A stretch of 55,228 nucleotides of DNA, counting the filler, from Circinaria calcarea (lineage: Eukaryota), in the NCBI GenBank assembly GCA_051942165.1. It is 3 parts of 3 records of this genome, joined end to end, with 100 filler letters (N's around TTAATTAATTAA, not from the genome) between each part and the next. Parts side by side here need not be neighbours in the genome. Positions count along the whole stretch, not along the records: positions 36,897 to 55,228 come from JAVECS010000238.1; 2 more parts are not named here. One strand, 5' to 3'. Shown here one piece after another: positions 36,897 through 48,987 of the stretch (positions within the stretch are counted from its first letter, which is position 1; the number at the start of each line of letters is the position of its first letter). The position numbers and the translations under genes are program-made. Under the pieces are notes generated by a model. It was given only the letters and a program-made list of their open reading frames with translations, did no database searches and was not told where the DNA came from.

Positions 36897-38260
36897 TGAC
36901 CAGTCAGACGATCTCGGTTGCCTTCACCGTATACCAGCATGTGATCCTCGTGGCGCTTTTCTAGGTTTTTCATTGCAGCTTCAATGTGCTTCATCCCACC
37001 TTCCGCGCGCATTTCAGCAGTGGAGACGTTGGTATGAAGGCCGGCACCGTTCCAATCACCTGGGATAGGCTTCGGGGAGAAGGAGATCTTGGCGCCGAAC
37101 TCTTCAGCGACGCGATGGAGGAGGAATCGGGACATCCAGAGATGGTCACCCACTAGTCACTTATCAGGCGTTGCACGGCAGTACCACAGACGGTGGAGTC
37201 AACTTACAGTCGATGCCCACGCATGGGCCAACCTGATACTCCCATTGGGCAGGCATAACCTCGGCGTTGATACCAGAAATGTTGATCCCAGCATACAGGC
37301 AAGCCTTGTAATGAGCCTCGATGACATCTCGGCAGTATACCTTACCGGTCCCAACACCGCAGTAGTAAGGACCCTGAGGACCAGGGAAGCCACCCTTGGG
37401 CCAGCCATACGGCCATCCGTCTGATCCTAAAAGTGTATACTCTTGTTCGAGACCAAACCAAATTTCGTGCTTAGCGTTGGCTTCCATAAGTCTGGCAGCC
37501 TCATGACGATAGTTGAACTTGTTTGGGCTTCCATCAGGATCCCAAGTCTCGCACAAGACAAGGATATTGGGTTCTAGGCGGAATGGGTCGGGATAGATTG
37601 CGACTGGTCGGATGTATACGTCCGAATTGTCGCCCGGAGCTTGCCCAGTAGATGAGCCGTCAAAGTTCCATTCGGAAAGCTCATCGGGGCCTTTAACCGG
37701 CCCTTTAAGTGTCTGTATGAACCTTTAGCATCCCTGAAATGCGGTGATTTGCGCCGTTGAAACGAAGGAGCGCGAGAATTGCCTAATTTTACCAAAAATG
37801 TGGGGCAACAAGGTAAGATGATGGTACTGTGGCTTGCAGGATAGGGAACTCGGTTTTACGGGTGACCGCGATAAGGTGGGATTACCGCGAACCATCCAAC
37901 GAGCTATCAAAAACGTAGGTAGATTGGTAAGGGCTAGTGCTAGGTGTAAAGGAAAGCAGCTCAAGATAGCGAGGATGGATCGAGGGAGCAGAGGGCTGTT
38001 GCCCACGGACTGGCTGACCTTTGTTTTTGAGCGAACGCCATTCATACCATCGATCCAGATGTACTCGGCAAGGACAGCGCCTTTCTGGTCGAGTTTCATG
38101 TACTTCATGAGCTGTCGAAGGGGGCCATCAGTGTCACCGTCGAGACGGTCAAGATCGGTGTGCACTTACGTTCTCCGTGTAGGAGACGACGGGAGAGCCA
38201 GCCTGGAGGGCACACCGTCAGCTTCTGGCGGACTAGGGTGATCTCACTACCATTCACCAT
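36897..38260 (-). CDS. GLN1: Glutamine synthetase type II (3' end in gap)
   Basis: [84 protein letters not shown]. Lone-ATG first exon at 38260. Confidence 0.96.
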
Positions 38261-40816
38261 GGTCTGCTGAGGTTCAGTTCAAGATCGGTATCAATGGAGA
38301 GCAATGGGTTATTGCCTTGAGGAGGTGCGATGCAGTGTTCCGTCACAGAATTGTCGGTGTGATGTGAGTGCTGATATGAGGATTTGAGGGAGAGCGGCCG
38401 AGGGATTTTAAAGGTCCGGGTCACTGAGCCCCAGGGGCAGGACTGATACGACGGCAAGGTATGTGTCCTATCAAAAAACGTGGGGGGGGTTGAATAAGAT
38501 CGGTTGGGGGGGTGGAAGCATATCGATAAGCACGGGCCAATCAAGGCCAGATTAGCCAATCGCATTAGGAGATGTACACGATAACCAAGTTCCAAAGGTC
38601 TCCAGTGAGGAGCTACTCCGTCGACCGCAAGAGGCAGTGACCCCCCAGCCACACGAAGTTCCACACGAAGTTACACCCGCAATAGAATCCGGCGCGGAGA
38701 TAGCAGCTCGGGAATGCGTGTCCTTACGCATGAGGCTACTGGACATGAGACCATGAGGGGCTTTATGGAGATCTTGAATGCTTCTAGATCCTCATTCAAC
38801 CAACGAGGCACACGAGGTACTTGGCCCCTGCAATGCGCATGCTGATTATGTCAGTTCATAGAACGCTTCTGTGCTTTCGGGCTGATAAGGCAAGAGGACG
38901 GAAAGACGGGGAAATAGGTTGATACGCAGCTGCCTTTGCCTGTTCGACTCAAGTACATGCGCCCTCTACGCCATTGCCATGCGCCACACTCATCCACAAC
39001 ATACAGATAAAGATTTTACTGGAATATGACCCGGCGGATATTCAATCCGAGGAGGCCATGCATTGCTCCCTCTTCTCCTCAAAAACCCTCTCAGTACTTA
39101 GACATGAATTGTCGGCTCTAGGGCTTCTATGCATGGACTGAACTGTGCTTCTAGATCATGGCTGGGTATTTGGTCCGAGATCGGCTATGTGGCAATTGCG
39201 TCTCCGGACGGTGGGAGAGTGACTGTAGCTATGTGGGCCAGCCTCGAAAATAACTCCTTTCTATGCATGCATGACGGCAGTTGGAGCTCATTGTTTGCGG
39301 AGACTGGATGTTGTCATGGTGTCCGGTTGACGTTCCGAAGAGAGTGTGGGAATCTGCCGGGAGACCTCCAATGGTTCGAGAGAGAGCTGCAAATCGTCTA
39401 TGTGGGAAGGTGCGCACGAATGTATTGCTCCACTTTGTTTAATGACGGCTTGATATTAGTGGAGATGGCCCGGGCGTCTTGCCGGCGGCGTGCCCTAGGG
39501 TAGAGCCGAGCGCGTTAATAGGACTTGAGTTTATTCGAAGGAGAAGGAGGCGTGAATAAAAGACTTGGATAGAACTATCACAAGATATCGTTAGTTGAAA
39601 CAAGTATCGGTATCCTATGGATGATCACGCCGCCTTTGTGCATTACTTCTTTCCGCATTGCCCTCCAGCCGAATAGCCTGAGCTATCTGTAAGTGGCTTA
39701 CCGCCTTCGTAACGGAAACAAATGTTAGATATCCAGGTCCTCTGGATCAGGCCCACCGCATAGCTGACCGAATCTCAAGCGAAACTCTGCAAGCAAGGCA
39801 CATGGCCTTAGGAAGGAATCTGTTTGCAAATATTTGAAAGCTCAATATTCTCGCCTATGCGGAGTGCTAAATGGTCCCAAAGCCACGTTACTCTGCGCTA
39901 AGCCTCTCACGTGATGGCTGGCTTGGATGTTTGCCAGAGATATAGTGAGGCAGTCGAGATGAAGTGAGTAACGGCGATAAAGATAGGCGTAGAAGTTCAA
40001 TTGGCTGGTTGCTGGTTTGCCTGGTCGATGCATTGCATTGCTGTCCTATTATTGCCACAATCCATTGCTTGTTAAACCAGAGTTTGACCCACAATCCCGC
40101 AGGAAATGTCAGTACTTGGCATTTCTTGCTGCCTATGTCAACTTACCGGATATATTTCTCTATTATCCGGTAAACCCAACGTGCATTAGGAAGGCCTTGG
40201 CGAGAAGCATTCAGATATATGACTGAAAAGTACAGTCTGCGATGTTTAGCTCCAGTGCTGTCGACCCCGTTCAACGGCCTCCATTTGGTAGGCGGAGTGG
40301 GAGATTCATTCCCCACCCGTACAGGTGGTGTCACTCAGAAGCCGTAACCACGACTGTAGTTGGTGATTGCAAACTTGCTTATATTAACAAAGAAACACAA
40401 AACGCGATGGAACATGAGACAAAAATAGTGATCTTAATTGTTCGCATGGCAAACAAAGGCAGCAAAGAAGATAAAAGGATCGAAGATCGTTCTTTGTATT
40501 CTGAACAAAGATTACACAAAGCTATTGTCGATGACTCCTGTACAGCGTTCATGTACAGCAAATCAGATACCATGTTTGCGAGCCCACCGTCCCAGCAAGA
40601 TAGGGACAACTGCAGCATAAAGAATGAAAGAGCCGTATGAGTGATAAACAATGCCCTAAACTTGGAAAGTCTTTTGATACAACTCTCCTAGCATCCACCT
40701 CCAGACAAACAAGCACTAGCTATACCCAGTAGAGAATCGGTCAGTAAACCAGTTCAACACATCGGAACAGAAAGCCAACATACACAAGAGGGAACATAGA
40801 CTGGCTGGATGAAGCT

Positions 40817-41212
40817 ATGTGCTTTATTGAGGATGTCTATCACAGTGATTGCAACCACTGGGGTGCGCAGAGAAATTACGCCCCTTGCGCGTCAGCGAGA
40901 GGAATGAAGGGTCGGCCATATGGTTGCCACAGCCCTACATTCATCGGATCTGCAACCGATGCCTCTATATGTCAAAGCTGCAAGGGTCGCGAGGCTAGGC
41001 TGGCGCAGGATAGAGCTCGCGATCCGTTCTTCCAAGCGCAGCATGAATCCAACGAAGGGGAGAAAATAGAGAATGTTCGTCGACGAAATGAAAGAAGATT
41101 TGGATACCAAAGAGTCCTCCCATGGTTCCAGCCAAGGGAGGATAGCCAATGCGAAAGGAGGAGGTCCGTAAGCCCCATTCCAAATCACGATGAACGACTC
41201 ATTTCTAACTGA
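40817..41212 (+). CDS. Small Cys/His-rich hypothetical protein (131 aa)
   Basis: ATG start; MC..CNHW..C..C..CxxC N-terminal pattern followed by a charged tail; sits alone in a long intergenic region. Confidence 0.55.
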   Translation: MCFIEDVYHSDCNHWGAQRNYAPCASARGMKGRPYGCHSPTFIGSATDASICQSCKGREARLAQDRARDPFFQAQHESNEGEKIENVRRRNERRFGYQRVLPWFQPREDSQCERRRSVSPIPNHDERLISN

Positions 41213-42526
41213 CTTCACTAGACATCACCGCCGCTTCTGGGGTGTATGGAACAGGTGAATTTTGGTTTCTCGGGGGAAGTGGGGCTTCGTAGATATCTAT
41301 GGCTGTATACATACATTTTCCTTTCATGTCTGTACATGTTTGGGTTGCTTCGAAAAAGCTGGAAATTAATATCGGAGTCGCCTGAGGAAGACATACCCAC
41401 AGGGAATTGGGAGGAGAATTTTGCAGTTTCGAAAAGGGTACCGTGTAAAGTCATAGCAGCATACCTAGGCAGCGGAAACCATAAAACAGCGATATCACCG
41501 TCAGGTCAAAACGTTTTAGGCAGAGAATTCTTTGGAGGTTGACTTGATTTGATGGTTTTCATCAACTCATGAAACATAGAATATTGAAGCTTCAAAGCAA
41601 AATCCGCATACATTCTCCCGTTACACGTGCTGCATGTATGCGAACAATGGAGTAATTATACAACGTCTCTCTCTACAATTTCTGCGTGGAAGACAACAAC
41701 GTGATGCATGGTCCCAAATACTTGAAAGTTGGATGTGTCTTTGACCTCTCGATCCTGTCATCAAATTTACTTGGTATGCGTAAATAAGGAGAGTACTGGA
41801 TCGGAGGAAAGCTCTGCGCAGATAAGGGATACAGTAGTATACCAAGGATCGCATGGCATAATCAATAGTCGTAGAAGTCTTAAGACCATAAATCTGGGGA
41901 GGTTAACTTCACGAGGTGAGAGTCGGAAAGTAGCATAGACATAGCGTGCTGGTCTATACCCACGGCAGTTTTAAAACAGCCTACGAAGTAGACAAGAGTA
42001 CCGGGGACCCCTTGGATCCTACCTGACATGCGTCGATTTCTTCAATGATCCTGATCTGGAGAACTTCGAAGGAAACAATGAAGTCTACCGACATTAGATT
42101 CAATAATCGGTCCGAACAACGTACTTCGTACTCGGCACCTTTGAACGTCGCATCTAGCATCCTATCTTACGTACGCACACGCTGCACCGAATATATCGGC
42201 GAGTCGGAGATTACATGCCCACCCGCGTTGTCCATTTCCCTGCTGCCTGATTTGATATAATAAGATGTAAGAACATCTCATGGTCTGATGCGCTTAATAT
42301 TTAGTATCTCTTCATGTACTCTGTTTGTGTGAAGTGGAAATTGAGCCGATTTGCGCCTTTGCCTGCGAGTCGTTCTATCGCTGTATATTGGCAACAAGTA
42401 TATTCTTTATTTTATATTTCGTATTATATATGAAATTTTGGCACTTTGGGTAGATACGTTCTCTTCGACCCGAGCAACTCTTGTTGGTGCTAGTACCGTA
42501 AGCATTGCCGCCGTCATCGCATCAGT

Positions 42527-45500
42527 ATGGCGGAGGACCGCCGCGTTGAGCCAAAAGCCACTACCGAAGCCAATGTTGCGAGTGCTTCTGTGGAGCCTAA
42601 GAAGGAGGACCCAAAGTTGACGAAGGATGAAGACGGCCCTGCGGATGAAGCTAAGATTGGGAATTTTTGGGTAGACGATCTCCAACTACACAACAGTCTT
42701 TGTTCGGTGTCGTCTCAATGCTGATGTTCCTATAGAGAATCCTGTCATACGGAACTAGCTTAGACTGGCTTTTGATGGGTGTGGCCTGTGTGTGTTCCAT
42801 TGGAGCCGGTGTGGTAGATCAACCTCCTTTGCTCCTACAACTGCATTAGCTCACATAACCGATAGGCTCTACCACTCGTGAACATTGTCTTTGGCAATCT
42901 CGTCGGAGACTTCAACGCCTTCTTCATCCCAGATACAGGGGTGACAAGAGATCAGTTCCTTAGGGCAGTAAATAAGAATACGTATAGTACCGCCTTTTCG
43001 TCTCCCCAATCTCTAGCAATGCCGATCACCATTATCAACACCGTTGTAGGAAAGGTTTCGTTGCTAATACATGTACTAGGCTGTACATTGTTTACCTGTT
43101 TATTGGCAAACTTGTTCTTGGCTATATTTCTATTGTAAAGCTATCCATGAAGAGACTATGCTACTTAGATTGCTGATAATGATAGTTCTCCTTCCGCATT
43201 ACCGGAATCAGGATCTCTGCAGCTCTACGTCTCGCCTACCTTCGAGCTCTCTTCGCACAACCTATTAGTGTATTTGACAAACTTCCACCTGGTAAACCAA
43301 CGAGCATGATCACAAGTTCGGCAAACACCGTACAGATCGGTATTTCAGAGAAAATGTCAATTCTTCTACAGTCTTTGGCACTTGTCATCGCGGCTTATGT
43401 GATAGCCTTCCGATACTCTTGGGCATTGACTCTTGTCTCAAGTTCTACTCTTCTCTTCATTGTGTTAGTATATGGCGTGACAGTGCCATTACATCTCAAA
43501 GCTTTTCGACTAGTCGAAAAGGCCAATGAAAGTGCGTCAGCAGTGGCCGGTGAGAGCTTCTCATCTATCCGTACCATTGTTGCTTGTGGTGCAGAAAAGC
43601 GAGTAGGATTACGATACGCGGAGTGGATGAAGCAAGCGAGAACGAAAGGCCTCAAGATGTCTGGTCTTACCGGTCTCCAGATTTCCCCTGCATTTTTTGC
43701 TATCTACTGCAACTTCGCCTTGACGTAGGTACCAGGACTATGACCCTATTCTAGCCCAGCTGCAAGCTTGCCTAATTTTTGCTGTAGCTTTTGGTATGGC
43801 GTGCGACTGTACAATCAAGGTCACATAGGAAGCGTCAGCACCGTGGTGACGTAAGTAGATCGTACCTCCTTTCTCTCTCCAACAGACAGTAGCGCTAATC
43901 TATGGTGGTCTGGAAAGTGTATTCTTCTCGGTCCTCCTGGTTGTGACCGCTATAGGAGGTCTCGCCAGCCCCTTGACGGATGTTAGTAAGGCGGCAAGTG
44001 CATCAACAGGATTCTTTTTGACAATTGACTTACCAAGTCCTCAAATAACGGGCCTTAAAGAGCCGGAAGTGTCTGCACACAAAGACATCATATTTGACGA
44101 CGTGACCTTCGCATATCCTAGCAGGCCCGATGTCAAGGTCCTGGACAAATTGAGTGCAAGGTTTCCTGCCGGCCAGCTCACAGCCATTGTAGGACCTTCT
44201 GGCTCTGGGAAAAGTACCATTGTTGCCCTCCTCGAAAGATGGTACCAAACCAACCATGAGACTAGTGGCGGCGCTGAGTCACATCTAGCGGAAGACGAGA
44301 AGCAGTCAAACGTGGTGGATGGTAAGCCTGGTTCGGTGATGCCGATTGTCAACTTGGGGTCTATCACGGTTGGTGGTCATCAGCTACAAACCTTGGATCT
44401 GAAATGGTGGAGATCACAAATTGGCCTTGTGCAGCAGGAGCCCTTCACCTTTAACGCGACAATCTACAAAAATGTTGCATACGGATTGGTCGGATCCAAG
44501 TGGGAGCATTGCAATGATGACACAAAGCTGGAACTGGTAAAGGAAGCGTGTAGAGAAGCGTATGCTGATGAATTCATCAGCAGACTTCCTTTGGTATGTT
44601 GAGTTGGTTTGGCTTTGAAGACCACGTGCCTTTGCTGACCTCGAGGAGGGCTACGAAACAATGGTCGGTGAAAACGGGATCAAATTGAGCGGCGGACAAC
44701 GGCAACGGCTTGCCATTGCTCGAAGCATTATCAAGCGCCCACCGATACTCATATTAGACGAGGCCACCAGTGCCATCGACGTTCGAGGGGAGGGTATTGT
44801 CCAAAAAGCTCTTGACCGTGTTTCCAAGGACCGTACAACGATCTCCATTGCTCACCGCCTATCAACCGTCAAGAGAGCGGATAATATTATAGTGCTGAAA
44901 GATGGAGCAATTGCGGAGCAGGGAACTCATGAAAGTCTATTGAAGGACGAGGCCGGTGTGTATTACAACCTAGTACATGCTCAGCACCTTGAGATGAAGG
45001 AAACAAGTTCAGAAAGCTCACCGGAAGATGACGCTCTCGAACTTGAGCAAATACTAACTGGCAAAAGTGGCAAGGCCAAATTTTCAGTTGTGTCTGATGT
45101 TGTAAGTCGGCAGGAAAAAGAGACATATAAGCCAAGGGGCTTGTTGAGAACTGTTGGATTCTTTCTCTATGAACAGAGGATCTATTGGAAGCTATATGCG
45201 TTGGCTGTCATTGCAGCTATGGGCTGTGGAGGTGAGTAAATATCCTACTCGCTTTGTTACGAACCTCTTGTTCGGGGGTTTATCGGTCATATTTCTTTCT
45301 AGTTCTAAAGCATGGTTCTCGTGTGTAGTACATCATACTAAGTTATTTTTAGCTGGTTATGCGCTCCAGAGCTATATCTTTGCAGAACTCATTGTTGTTT
45401 TCCAGCTTACGGGGTCCGAGCTCACTGACCGCGGTAACTTCTGGTCTCTAATGTACTTCGTTGAAGGTAAGTTGTTTCTTTTCAGATCACCGCTACTATC

Positions 45501-47695
45501 CATCTCTAACATATCGACAAGCTATCTGTATCGGTATCTTTTATTTTGCCCTCGGCTGGGCAGCCAATTCCATATCAGTGGTAAGTACCCAGACCTCTCC
45601 AGTCAAGGGCATATCTGACTCTCCCCTGTAGTACATCTCGACTACCTACCGACAACAGTATTTCGACTCCATCCTTAACAAGCCAATATCCTTCTACGAT
45701 GCTGAAGACAATTCGGCAGGCTCATTGACCTCTCGACTATCGACGGACCCAACCCAATTACAAGAGCTTCTAGGAGCGAACATGGCCTTCCCGCTCATCT
45801 CTGTCTTTAACATAATCGGATGTATTGCGATATCGTTTGCGTTTGGATGGAAGCTGACACTGGTGACCGTGTTCTCTGCTCTTCCCGTCATAGTTTTGGC
45901 TGGGTTCATGCGCATCCGATTTGAGATCCAATTCGAGAAATTAAACGCAGCAGTGTTCGCGGAGAGTTCCCAATTTGCTTCAGAAGTGAGCCCGATAAGC
46001 ATTCGTTCCTCCCCTCCACTAAATTACTAACTTACCTAGGCAATCGGAGCATTTCGAACCGTCATGTCACTGACCCTTGAAGACACCATTACAGGTCGCT
46101 ATACAGTGCTTCTGCGGGATCATGTGAGGAAAGCCTTTCTGAAAGCAAGACTCGCAACCTTGATCTTTGCTGCGTCCGACAGTCTAGAACTGCCATGTAT
46201 GGCGTTATGCTTCTGGTATGTATTGATCTTATGATTGCCTCTACTGATATACGCTAGGCTGATGACAGTTGTAGGTATGGTAGCCGCTTGTTGAGTACTC
46301 GGGAATACGACGTCAGACAGTTTTTCGTCATTTATATAGCAATCGTCGTAGTAGGTCTAGTTTAGAAAGCCGTTCGTCGCCGAGTCCTGACATTCGGGTA
46401 GGGAGGTCAAGCTGCTGGGCAGTGGAGTAGTTTCGCCCCAAGTGAGATCAGAGAAGACAACTGGGAGAGACACACGTGTGATCTGACAGTGAAATAGATA
46501 TAGCACAAGCTACCGCCGCGGCGAACAGGATTCTGAGCCTCCGACCGAAGCCAAATGCTAGTACTTCGAAGGCCATAACTACTCTTGACGACAACGCAGA
46601 CGGTGCGAAGATACAGTTCAAGAATATTCATTTCAAATACCCTGGTCGTGATGTGTCAGTTTTCGCTGGTCTAAATCTATCGGTGGGTTGGAGAGAGTGG
46701 CATATCCTGGTACCTGTTGTCGAGCTGACCTGAAAACCAGGTTGAAAGAGGGCAATTCGCGGCTCTTGTTGGTCCCTCTGGTAAGCCTTCCCTTTCATGT
46801 GCTTGGCCTTTCCCGTTGTCAGAGAGTGTCGTACTAATCAAGATTATAGGCTGTGGAAAGACCTCTGTGATCAGCTTACTAGAAAGGTAAGAATCTTCGC
46901 CTTCCAAACCACCATCCAAAACCCTAACCCACCAAACCCGGGGAAAAGATTCTACGACCCCCAATCCGGCACCATCACCTACGATGGCACCGACATCTCC
47001 ACCCTCGACATCACCGCCTACCGCAAAAAACTTTCCCTCGTATCCCAAGAACCCACACTCTACCAAGGCACGTCTTTCATTAACCCCCACACACTCCTCT
47101 CCATTATTCCCGCCACCCAAAACCCCCGACTAAACCCCCCTAACAGGCTCGATCCGTGACAACGTCCTCCTCGGCGTCGACGCCGACACCGTCACCAACG
47201 CCGAAATCCAGCAAGCGTGCAAAGACGCCGAGATCCACGACTTTATCATCTCCCTCCCTGAAGGTACGTTCTCTTCCCCCCCCCTTCCTTTCCCTTTTCT
47301 TCCCTTAACCCTTCCTTTTTTTTCTCCCCCACAACAGGCTACTCCACCCCTGCTGGCCTCCGAGGCCTCGCCCTCTCCGGCGGCCAAAAGCAACGCCTCG
47401 CCATCGCGCGCGCCCTCCTCCGGAATCCACGCCTCCTCCTCCTCGACGAAGCGACCTCGAGCCTGGACTCGGCGTCCGAAGCCCTGGTGCAGGCATCTTT
47501 CGAGCGCGCGGCCAAGGGCCGAACCATGATCGTCGTGGCGCACCGCCTCGCCACGGTGCAGAACGCCGATGTGATTTTTGTGTTTGGGGAGAAGGCCGGG
47601 GAAGGGCAAGGAGGGGTGGTGGAGTGGGGGACGCATCGGACGCTGTTGGGGAGGAAGGGCGTGTATTGGTCGATGGTGAGTTGTCTTTTTTTTTC

Positions 47696-47742
<47 letters not shown>

Positions 47743-47830
47743 TGAGGTTTGCCAAAATGGGTAAAACCAGAAGCTAAATGCGGTGTTGTGGTGGTTGCTT
47801 TAGTGTCAGAGTCAGGCGCTGGATCGATAG
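42527..47830 (+). CDS. Full-length ABCB (MDR/P-glycoprotein-like) transporter, about 18 introns
   Basis: TMD-NBD-TMD-NBD. NBD1 [27 protein letters not shown]2 [24 protein letters not shown]; ends CQSQALDR*. Exons spliced by hand into one open frame. Confidence 0.94.
47700..47738 (+). repeat. (CT)n microsatellite in the last ABC intron
   Basis: About 19 TC dinucleotides read directly. Confidence 0.95.
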
Positions 47831-48186
47831 GGCATGTATGTTTGATAGGGGAGGGGGGGGAAAAGGGGTTTCATTTATGGTTGTAAATTCTTGGGTTTGT
47901 AATGGGTAATATTGTCAAGGCTATTTATTTGTTCATAGATTTATTAAAGGCATCTCTCCGCTTTCGCTTTCGATACCTGCCGTCATGACAGGAAGCGGTT
48001 CAAAGCCCGGTTCAAGTGAACAGAGGACGATGAGAGTCGGTTCATGGTCATTGGGGGACCCCAGTCTGTCGTACATTTTCGAAAGCGGTCAAGGAATGAA
48101 GTCACAGCTCGGTGATTACCGGTACTTTGGACTCCTCTTGCAAAGATTGATGGATGATGTTCAAGGTCAGCCCTTACTAACCCTAA

Positions 48187-48987
48187 CTAGCCTTTTCTAA
48201 ACATCACTCCAAACCAACACTTGATGCCGACCCATTTCTGGGCCCGCTTGCCCAGTTTCTCGACCATTTCCGCTTCGATAGCTACTTCCTTCACGTCTCC
48301 AACAACGTCAAAGCCACATTTCTTCGCCTCCGCCACCACATCCTCGATCTTGTGAGCATAACTCACTGGCCGTACCTTTTCCCCTGACTCCGGATCCACA
48401 AATCCGGCTTGCGATATCGATCCCATTTCGGCATGCATGTTCGTCAGCAGAAGATACCCGCCATCAATTATGAGGGATTGGGCAACGGAGAAGAATGCTG
48501 GTAGGGAAATATGCTCGAGTACGAGGGTGCTGATGATTGCTGTTGCGTTCCGAGCACATTGGGGTACCTCGTCATGGCTTAGCATGTCGAATTGTTCGAG
48601 AAGCACACTCTTCGCTTTTGTCCCGGAAGGAAGCGAGTCTCGATAGATACGACAACGCGAACGTGCTCTCTCCAACATCCTCTCCGATGCATCTAATCCT
48701 GCAATCTCGGCGTCAGGGATCTCCAATAGCTTGAGGGTATTGCGCCCGGTGCCGCAGCCCAGGTCTGTGATTCGAAGGCCGGTCTGCTTTTGAGGTTCGA
48801 GGAGGGCGAGGAAGTCGGGGAGGAGCGTGGCGAGTTCGTGGTCGTCGAGGGCTTGGAGGGGGTTGGCATCCGTGTCGTATACCTGAGCCCAGCGGTCGTA
48901 GGCTGCCGTTGTCGGCATGTATGTCGTTTTCCTGCGTGTTGCAAGGCTGGCTGCTGGCCCGGGATTTTCGGATTGTAAGCTTGCCAT
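48187..48987 (-). CDS. Class I SAM-dependent methyltransferase, single exon
   Basis: AYDRWAQVYD, ITDLGCGTGRN (motif I), GLDASERML, IISTLVLEH, GGYLLLTNMH. Confidence 0.9.
   Translation of the reverse strand: MASLQSENPGPAASLATRRKTTYMPTTAAYDRWAQVYDTDANPLQALDDHELATLLPDFLALLEPQKQTGLRITDLGCGTGRNTLKLLEIPDAEIAGLDASERMLERARSRCRIYRDSLPSGTKAKSVLLEQFDMLSHDEVPQCARNATAIISTLVLEHISLPAFFSVAQSLIIDGGYLLLTNMHAEMGSISQAGFVDPESGEKVRPVSYAHKIEDVVAEAKKCGFDVVGDVKEVAIEAEMVEKLGKRAQKWVGIKCWFGVMFRKG

Noticed and set aside
38254..38664. 136-aa minus-strand ORF overlapping the GLN1 start (possible uORF)
   Set aside because: Non-ATG start upstream of the likely promoter elements and no coding features.
42527..48987. ABC transporter plus methyltransferase as a secondary-metabolite cluster
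   Set aside because: No PKS, NRPS, terpene synthase or cluster regulator in the window, and the neighbours are housekeeping genes.
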